A stretch of DNA of 46,643 nucleotides from an uncultured Gammaproteobacteria bacterium (GTDB lineage: Bacteria > Patescibacteriota > Microgenomatia > Levybacterales > UBA12049). The DNA is taken from contig CAZUZF010000002.1 of assembly GCA_964624955.1 (NCBI GenBank), positions 1 through 46,643 of the forward strand, given 5' to 3'. Position numbers and translations under genes: made by a program. Shown in pieces: positions 38,389 to 44,308 of this stretch (its first letter is position 1; each line of letters begins with the position of its first letter). Under the pieces are notes generated by a model. That model was not told the origin of the DNA. It worked only from the letters and a program-made list of their open reading frames with translations, and made no database searches.

Positions 38389-39564
38389 TTATTTTGAAAA
38401 TAGTTTTAGCTTTGCAAAATATAGAATTGTGAAAGTTATTGTGGCAAATAACCCAAGATATTCAATATTTACAATTATTTGCGGGTATCCTTTTGCATAG
38501 TCTGTCATATAAACATATACAACATAAATTAGAACCATAAATATTGAGGCAAGCAAACACGGTATAAATATAAAATATTTTCTTGATACAAACGCACATA
38601 AGGAAAGAGGAAAAATTAAATACCAGGGCTGAAAAGTAGTCCTAAGTGTTGCAAAAACCACTGCAACCAAAGAAAATACAACACCAATTAAAAATATATT
38701 TTCCCAAATTACCTTTTTTTGTGTCTTTTCAAAATAATAAATTAGGACAAAAATTGGAAGAAGAACACCTGTTGAAAATTTAATCCCTATGGAAAAGATT
38801 AAAGAAAGCAAAGACAAAGCTTTCCTTTTAGTTAAATAAAGATAAATTGCCAAAAGCGCAAAAAATACTAATGGAAAGTCGTTATGCGCAGAAACCAACC
38901 CTTCAATTAAGATAAGAGGGTTAAATGCAAAAAACACTGTGTTAAAGATCGCATTCTTTGGGAAAAGAATATTTGATATTTTATAGATTAAATAAACACT
39001 TCCAAGAAAGGATAGTCCAATCATTATCTTAAATAAAAAAAACGTTGGTAAAAACATATTAAATCCAATAAAAGACAAGGGTACTGTTAAAGCTAGCCAG
39101 CTTGGGCCGTAAGGATAAACTCTGTGAGTCCAACGCATAAAGTTAAGCATTGGATCATTTGTAAAATCCAAAGGCTTATGAAGATACGGATTTTGTCCAT
39201 AGTGAGTTAATATTTTTGCGTCAAAAATATAATTAAAAAGATCATAAGAAAATGCATTATATGAAAATACCAAAATTATAAATGTTAGAAAAATAAGTAT
39301 TTTGGTTGTATTTAATTTCAGCTTTTCTTTTTTTGCAAGATATAAAAACGATAAATAAAACAAAAACAGTAAAAAGGAGATTACAGAAAATATCAATGTA
39401 GAAAGCGGTCTATCAAAAAACCCAATATATTGAAGTTGTTTTTGTAAGGCTTGATAAATAGAGCTTTGGGATAAAGTTAGACTTAAATCTACCTGAGTAA
39501 AAGAATAAAAAAATAAAGCAATTACTACTATTATATATAGGGAGAAAAGATTTATTCTTTTCAT
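38389..39564 (-). CDS. Polytopic membrane protein, DUF2029/GT87-like GT-C candidate
   Basis: 391 aa, about 10 TM. Motifs SYDLFNYIFDAKILTHYGQNPY, VYPYGPSWLAL and LVSAHNDFPLVFFALL. Paralog of the partial gene at 1..934. ATGA-coupled to the upstream GT2. Confidence 0.85.
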   Translation of the reverse strand: MKRINLFSLYIIVVIALFFYSFTQVDLSLTLSQSSIYQALQKQLQYIGFFDRPLSTLIFSVISFLLFLFYLSFLYLAKKEKLKLNTTKILIFLTFIILVFSYNAFSYDLFNYIFDAKILTHYGQNPYLHKPLDFTNDPMLNFMRWTHRVYPYGPSWLALTVPLSFIGFNMFLPTFFLFKIMIGLSFLGSVYLIYKISNILFPKNAIFNTVFFAFNPLILIEGLVSAHNDFPLVFFALLAIYLYLTKRKALSLLSLIFSIGIKFSTGVLLPIFVLIYYFEKTQKKVIWENIFLIGVVFSLVAVVFATLRTTFQPWYLIFPLSLCAFVSRKYFIFIPCLLASIFMVLIYVVYVYMTDYAKGYPQIIVNIEYLGLFATITFTILYFAKLKLFSK

Positions 39565-40319
39565 AAATCATTGTATTTTCCTGTTAAAGAATTAAATCTT
39601 ATACGCACAAGGTCCTCAACCGCCTCTATAGAGTCTTTGATGGGACTTACCCTTCTTGATTCAACATACAGCCATTCAACAGGAACTTCTTTTATCTTAT
39701 ATCCCATTTTTTCAGCAAGATATAAAAGTTCAACGTCAAATCCAGCTTTTACGGATGAACCAGATATTTTTACAAATCCATTATGTAAAGACTGGATTTT
39801 TGAAAAAAGCCTATCTGATGCGTCTTTTCTAAAAAGCTTAAAACCGCACTGTGTATCGGAAACATCTCTTACTCCTACCAGAATTGACCTCATTATCATC
39901 ATTCCTTTTGCCATTAAAAGCCTTGTCCAGGGAGCACCCTTTCTTTGAGAGTTTCTACTCCCTATTACAACGTCATATTTTTTGGTAAAAGGTAAAAGGT
40001 GATTTACCTCTTCAATTGGAGTTGCCTGATCCATGTCTGTAAACAAAACAAACTCTCCTTTTGAAGCAAGCATTCCCGAGGTTACTGCTCCGGCTTTACC
40101 CAGATGTTGGTTTTTTATTATCCTAAACTGGGGACTTTCTTTTATAAACCTTTCAACGTATTCAATGCTTCCATCATCAGATCCGTCATCTACAATGATA
40201 ACCTCATAATTATACTTTTGTTTTTCTAGGAAATGTTCAACCCTGTCTAGTACTCCTTTTCGAAGATTTGTCATTTCATTATATGAGGGGATTACAACGG
40301 AAAGATAGATTTTACTCAC
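39561..40319 (-). CDS. GT2 glycosyltransferase, DPM1/dolichyl-phosphate glucosyltransferase-like (candidate polyprenol-phosphate sugar synthase)
   Basis: 252 aa with a GTG start (no upstream in-frame ATG). Motifs LSVVIPSYNEMTNL, IIVDDGSDDGS, LFTDMDQAT and GFDVELLYLAEKMGYKI. Confidence 0.87.
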   Translation of the reverse strand: MSKIYLSVVIPSYNEMTNLRKGVLDRVEHFLEKQKYNYEVIIVDDGSDDGSIEYVERFIKESPQFRIIKNQHLGKAGAVTSGMLASKGEFVLFTDMDQATPIEEVNHLLPFTKKYDVVIGSRNSQRKGAPWTRLLMAKGMMIMRSILVGVRDVSDTQCGFKLFRKDASDRLFSKIQSLHNGFVKISGSSVKAGFDVELLYLAEKMGYKIKEVPVEWLYVESRRVSPIKDSIEAVEDLVRIRFNSLTGKYNDL

Positions 40320-40325
40320 ATAAAG

Positions 40326-40354
40326 ATTATAGCGAAAAATTAGGTACGAAACAA
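40326..40354 (-). promoter_or_regulatory. Candidate sigma70-type promoter with leaderless geometry
   Basis: Minus strand reads TTGTTT (40354-40349), 17-nt spacer, TATAAT (40331-40326), CTTTAT (6 nt), then the GTG at 40319. Same 12-mer as at 37655-37644. Confidence 0.5.
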
Positions 40355-40365
40355 ATAAACTCTAT

Positions 40366-40743
40366 TTATGCTGCTAACCTGTCTCTATAGACTATAAAGC
40401 CAATCATGTTTCCCCTGTCCGTTGGATCCACACCCCTAAAAACAATTAGTCTTCTATCATGAGGAATGTGATAGCTAATTGCTCTGAGTAGATGGTCACT
40501 TACATTGGGCCGTTTTATTACTTCCTTAGTTGGAACATGCCTAAATACACATGTGCCATCTTCCATTGCCTCAAGCTCCTCAACCATCATTGCTGATCTT
40601 GTTATTGGATGTACTCCTTCCGTAAGTATTTCCCTTCTTATAACGGCTGATTGATAATCCCCAGCCATTATTTGCTGTGCAACTTTAATAGCATCTTCAG
40701 TTGGAACAGGCATGGGTCTTAGGAAATATCTCTCTATTGGCAT
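40366..40743 (-). CDS. Hypothetical small soluble protein with no recognisable domain
   Basis: 125-aa ORF, ATG start, no TM segment, mixed alpha/beta character (…TCVFRHVPTKEVIKRP…RRLIVFRGVDPTDRGNMIGFIVYRD). A promoter-like element lies upstream. No family recognised. Confidence 0.65.
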   Translation of the reverse strand: MPIERYFLRPMPVPTEDAIKVAQQIMAGDYQSAVIRREILTEGVHPITRSAMMVEELEAMEDGTCVFRHVPTKEVIKRPNVSDHLLRAISYHIPHDRRLIVFRGVDPTDRGNMIGFIVYRDRLAA

Positions 40744-40756
40744 AATTAAGAACTAG

Positions 40757-40785
40757 ATTATATAGATTCATTTTAAATTTCGCAA
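40757..40785 (-). promoter_or_regulatory. Candidate sigma70-type promoter for the 125-aa ORF
   Basis: Minus strand reads TTGCGA (40785-40780), 17-nt spacer, TATAAT (40762-40757), 13 nt, then the ATG at 40743. No Shine-Dalgarno sequence. Confidence 0.5.
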
Positions 40786-40797
40786 CCTAAGCTTAAG

Positions 40798-40826
40798 TTG
40801 TTAGAAAACAGATTTTGGGGTAAAAT
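40798..40826 (+). promoter_or_regulatory. Candidate sigma70-type promoter for tRNA-Glu
   Basis: TTGTTA (40798-40803), 17-nt spacer, TAAAAT (40821-40826), 9 nt before tRNA position 1. Arranged back to back with the minus-strand promoter at 40757-40785. Confidence 0.5.
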
Positions 40827-40835
40827 AAGCTTTAA

Positions 40836-40909
40836 GCCCCCGTCGTCTAGCGGCTTAGGATATCTGATTCTCATTCAGAAGATCACCGGTTCAAATCCGG
40901 TCGGGGGTA
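40836..40909 (+). tRNA. tRNA-Glu (anticodon CUC)
   Basis: Hand-folded cloverleaf. Acceptor stem GCCCCCG/CGGGGGT (G1-U72 wobble). D arm GTCT-AGCGGCTTA-GGAT. Anticodon stem TCTGA/TCAGA with loop TTCTCAT (CTC at 40870-40872). Variable loop AGATC. T arm ACCGG-TTCAAAT-CCGGT. Discriminator A. No encoded CCA. Confidence 0.9.
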
Positions 40910-40941
40910 CAAACCTCAAAAGCTTAACAATATATAATCTA

Positions 40942-43173
40942 TTAAATCTCAATTAACTGTTTTTCAGCTCTGTTTAGAAGAACCGCATTGGTTGCAACAA
41001 TAATTGAAGAAATACTCATAAGAAGTGCTGAGATTTCAGGACGAAGCGATAATCCAAAATTAGGATATAAAACCCCTGCAGCAATTGGAATTGCCAAAAG
41101 ATTATAAATTGATGCCCAGAAAAGATTTTGTTTCATTTTTAAAACTGTTGCCTTTGACAGCCTTATAGCTCTTAATACATCAGCTGGATCAGATTTCATC
41201 AAAACTACTTTTGCAGTTTCAATGGCAACATCAGTTCCTGCTCCAATTGCAATTCCAATGTCAGCTTGAGCCAAGGCTGGCGCATCGTTGACACCGTCTC
41301 CAACCATTGCCACAAACTTACCCTCGCTTTGCAGTTTTTTGACATATTTTGCTTTATCTTGGGGAAGTACTTCGGAAAATATACGCTCAATTCCTATCTC
41401 TTTACCAATTGTATCACCGGTTTTTTTGTTATCTCCAGTTATCATAGCCACTTCAAGACCTAAGTTTCTCATTTTTTCAACGGCTTTTTTGGCAGTTGGC
41501 TTTATTGGATCCAAAGCAGCCGCAACTCCTGCAATTTTTCCATTAACTGCCAAAATCATGATTGTCTTTCCATCTAGAAGAAGTTTGTCTATGTCTTTTT
41601 TAAGAGGAGAAATATCAATCTTGTTATCACTCATAAGTTTTATGGTCCCAATCAACACATGTTTTCCGTCAACCCTTGCTTCAACACCATGGCCTTCTAT
41701 ATTTTTAAAACTTTCAACTCTTTGGGAAACTTTAATTTTCCTTTTTTCTACTTCTTCTAAAACTGCCTTACTTAAAGGATGCCCTGATTTTTCCTCTGCT
41801 GCTGCATCAAAAGCAAGGATTTCTTCCTCCCTAAACCCCTTTATTGCTACCACATCTGTTATCTTGGGCTTTCCCTCTGTTAATGTTCCTGTTTTATCCA
41901 AAACTACGGCATTAATTTTAGAAGTTTGCTCCAGCGTTGGCGCATCTTTTATGAGTATATTGTGCTTTGCGCCAAGGCCTGTTCCAACTGCAACAGCTGT
42001 TGGTGTTGCAAGACCGAGCGCATCAGGACAGGCAATAACCACAGTTGAAATGGCAAAAGTTAAAGCAAACATTAAGGTTTGACCCAAAATTAGAAACCAG
42101 ACGCTAAAAGTTAAAAGTCCTCCGCCAACAGCTACGATTACAAGATATTTTGCAAATCTATCAGCTATTTTTTGGCCCGGTGCTTTAGAATTTTGGGCAG
42201 TTTCAACAAGCTTTACTATCTGGGCAAGGGCTGTATCCTCTCCAATCTTAGTTGCCTTAAACTTAACAGAGCCCGATGTATTGATTGATCCGCCAATTAC
42301 CATGTCTTCCTTTTTCTTCTCAACAGGAATTGACTCTCCGGTTACCAAAGATTCATCTATTGCAGTATCTCCCTCAATAATCTGCCCATCAACCGGTACT
42401 TTGTCCCCTGGTTTTAATAAAATAATGTCTCCTAATTTAACCTCTGAGGTTGGGATAAGTTTTTCTTTTCCGTTTACAATTACTCTTGCCTGTGGCGGAA
42501 CAAGATTAAAAAGAGCCTGCAGCGCATCGGTTGTTCCCCTTCTTGATTTCATTTCCATCCAGTGGCCAAATAAAACAAAGGTTATTAAAAGGGCTGCTGC
42601 TTCATAATACGAATCGCTGCTTCCTAAAAATGTAAGGATAACGCTAAAGACATAGGCGGCGGTTATGCCAACCGCAATTAAAACAGCCATATTTAAAGTC
42701 TTTGCAAGCAGTGCTTTATAAGTAGAGTATAAAAATATCCAGCCAGAATAGAAAAAAACCGGTGTGGTTAATAAAAATAATAACCAAGGGGTTGGAATAA
42801 AGGCAGGCAAACTTAGCTTTAGAACTTCTCTGCCTAAAGGCGAATAGGCAATAATTGGAAGGGAAAGAATTAAAGCAAAGAAGAATTTATTGCGAATGTC
42901 AATTTCCATAAGCCTTGCCATCTCTCTTCCGGCAAGTCCTCCATGTTCCATGCCCATAGTCATACTCATGCTCATTTTAAATTTTTCCCAAAAAGACAAT
43001 TTAGATGTTTCCATTTTATGATTACCATGTTTAATTTCCTTTTCTTTTATATCTTGTAAGGGTTTATGTTTGACTTCAACTAAATCCATTCCACACTTTG
43101 GACATCTTCCGAAGCTTTCGGAAATAACATCTTTGTGCATTGGACATGTATAAACAATTTTATTTTTATTCAT
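40942..43173 (-). CDS. Heavy-metal (probably Cu) translocating P1B-type ATPase with an atypical CPD transmembrane motif
   Basis: 743 aa. Motifs TGES (LVTGESIPVEK), DKTGTLT, SGHPLSKA, GDGVNDAPAL, YN-x4-P (IYNLLAIP) and M-x2-SS (MSISS). N-terminal zinc-ribbon-like CPMH...CPKCGM and a Met-rich stretch KMSMSMTMGMEH. The TM4 motif is ACPDALGLATP (codons tgt cct gat at 42030-42022). Confidence 0.92.
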   Translation of the reverse strand: MNKNKIVYTCPMHKDVISESFGRCPKCGMDLVEVKHKPLQDIKEKEIKHGNHKMETSKLSFWEKFKMSMSMTMGMEHGGLAGREMARLMEIDIRNKFFFALILSLPIIAYSPLGREVLKLSLPAFIPTPWLLFLLTTPVFFYSGWIFLYSTYKALLAKTLNMAVLIAVGITAAYVFSVILTFLGSSDSYYEAAALLITFVLFGHWMEMKSRRGTTDALQALFNLVPPQARVIVNGKEKLIPTSEVKLGDIILLKPGDKVPVDGQIIEGDTAIDESLVTGESIPVEKKKEDMVIGGSINTSGSVKFKATKIGEDTALAQIVKLVETAQNSKAPGQKIADRFAKYLVIVAVGGGLLTFSVWFLILGQTLMFALTFAISTVVIACPDALGLATPTAVAVGTGLGAKHNILIKDAPTLEQTSKINAVVLDKTGTLTEGKPKITDVVAIKGFREEEILAFDAAAEEKSGHPLSKAVLEEVEKRKIKVSQRVESFKNIEGHGVEARVDGKHVLIGTIKLMSDNKIDISPLKKDIDKLLLDGKTIMILAVNGKIAGVAAALDPIKPTAKKAVEKMRNLGLEVAMITGDNKKTGDTIGKEIGIERIFSEVLPQDKAKYVKKLQSEGKFVAMVGDGVNDAPALAQADIGIAIGAGTDVAIETAKVVLMKSDPADVLRAIRLSKATVLKMKQNLFWASIYNLLAIPIAAGVLYPNFGLSLRPEISALLMSISSIIVATNAVLLNRAEKQLIEI

Positions 43174-43339
43174 ATAAAACTATGTTTTCGTTAAAATCTT
43201 CTAACTCTGGGTTTTGCAACAATTATGGTTCATGCTTTTTTAATAGCATTTGTTAGCTCTTCAATAGCTTTTATCTAAGTCTTTAATTTTCTTTATTTAT
43301 ACTAAAAAGGTATAAAATTAAGATAAAGATCTTCAACTC

Positions 43340-43606
43340 TCAATTTTTTGCCAATTTATTATAAAGATAAGCCCCTGCAAAAAATATTACCCAAATATAA
43401 ACTACAAATGTAACTATTCCAAAAAGAAATGTTACCAAATCCATTGGGCTTGTCGCTTTTATGGCTTCTAGATTTATTGTATGGAACCAACTATTGGCAA
43501 TCCAAAGCAACAAATCAGGCGCAACAAAAGCAAGTAATCCGCACAGAGCAAAAGCAACTCCTCCAACTACTGCTGCCGTATTTGCAAGCGCTACTTCCTT
43601 TAACAT
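43340..43606 (-). CDS. Small membrane protein, DUF5676-like
   Basis: The ORF-track start at 43615 is GTG and lies inside the Shine-Dalgarno sequence. The ATG at 43606 (MLKEVALANT...) sits 8 nt after AGGAGG. Two to three TM helices; motif APDLLLWIANSWFHTINLEAI. Confidence 0.8.
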   Translation of the reverse strand: MLKEVALANTAAVVGGVAFALCGLLAFVAPDLLLWIANSWFHTINLEAIKATSPMDLVTFLFGIVTFVVYIWVIFFAGAYLYNKLAKN

Positions 43607-43614
43607 ATTTCTCA

Positions 43615-43620
43615 CCTCCT
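43615..43620 (-). promoter_or_regulatory. Shine-Dalgarno sequence (AGGAGG)
   Basis: Minus strand reads AGGAGGTGAGAAATATG. This is the clearest ribosome-binding site in the window. Confidence 0.7.
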
Positions 43621-43646
43621 CTGTTTTTTATTTATATTTAATTAAA

Positions 43647-43832
43647 TTAAATATATTCATCCGGATTTTTATCAAAACTTTCTTTACAGCTTAAAGAACA
43701 AAATCCATATAGGTTTTGCCTATATGTGCTTTTAAACTTAGTTTTATCAATATCTATTGACATACCACAGACCGGGTCTTTTACTCTATTTGATCCTTTT
43801 CCCCCAAAATTGAAAAAATCTTTTATTCCCAT
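43647..43832 (-). CDS. YHS-domain (TRASH-like) metal-binding protein
   Basis: 61 aa. VKDPVCGMSIDIDKTKF...YGFCSLSCKESFDKNPDEY matches the YHS signature (DPVCGM ... FCS..C...F). Confidence 0.85.
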   Translation of the reverse strand: MGIKDFFNFGGKGSNRVKDPVCGMSIDIDKTKFKSTYRQNLYGFCSLSCKESFDKNPDEYI

Positions 43833-43837
43833 ATTAG

Positions 43838-44308
43838 TTATTTAACCTCCCAACTAAAACTTCTCTCATCTACCCCAATATCTTTTAATATTAACGTAAC
43901 AGAGTTAGGTTTTTTCGAAAATGCGGGAAAATTCAATATACCTTGTCGGTGATGGCCACCCAGTGGTGAACCTTTCCAGGATAGTGGGCTAAGTTGTCTT
44001 CCGTCACTTTCCAAAAGCAGGGATGTTCTTGCTAAATCCTGGTCTAGGCTTCCTTGATGGGTGGTAAGAGTGATTTTAAAACTCCATAGTTTTTCATCTT
44101 CTGAAACTTTAGGAGAAACATTAACCTCAATATTTTCTTCTGAACTTGTTTGCGGTAAGTAGCTATTTTCCCCACTTGTTTGAATATTGGCAATATTACT
44201 TCCTGCTTGAGTTTTACTTACTTCACTTTGGTTTTTTGTTTTGTTTAGCAAAACAAAAACTACTCCTATAAACAAAATTAGAAATACTAATAATAACCTT
44301 ATCTTCAT
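43838..44308 (-). CDS. Membrane-anchored/secreted hypothetical protein with a beta-rich domain and a GGHH pair
   Basis: 156 aa. N-terminal hydrophobic anchor MKIRLLLVFLILFIGVVFVLL, a low-complexity S/Q/N linker, then WSFKITLTTHQGSLD...SWKGSPLGGHHRQGILNFPAF. ATGA-coupled to the upstream gene. Confidence 0.75.
   Translation of the reverse strand: MKIRLLLVFLILFIGVVFVLLNKTKNQSEVSKTQAGSNIANIQTSGENSYLPQTSSEENIEVNVSPKVSEDEKLWSFKITLTTHQGSLDQDLARTSLLLESDGRQLSPLSWKGSPLGGHHRQGILNFPAFSKKPNSVTLILKDIGVDERSFSWEVK

Noticed and set aside
37693-40743. Higher G+C of the two orphan ORFs as evidence of horizontal transfer
   Set aside because: Their Arg codons remain mostly AGA/AGG and the shift tracks amino-acid composition (soluble and A/G/E/D/R/V-rich, versus F/I/L/K/N-rich membrane proteins). 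The ATPase gene shows a similar shift, so composition alone does not indicate foreign origin.
41288-42082. 264-aa plus-strand ORF (plus the smaller ones at 41266..41463 and 42281..42607)
   Set aside because: These are antisense to the P1B ATPase, whose motifs are unambiguous. Long antisense frames are expected in this locally less AT-rich gene.
43225-43278. 17-codon plus-strand mini-ORF (MVHAFLIAFVSSSIAFI) in the spacer upstream of the ATPase
   Set aside because: It is too short, has no ribosome-binding site, and cannot be distinguished from chance without conservation data.
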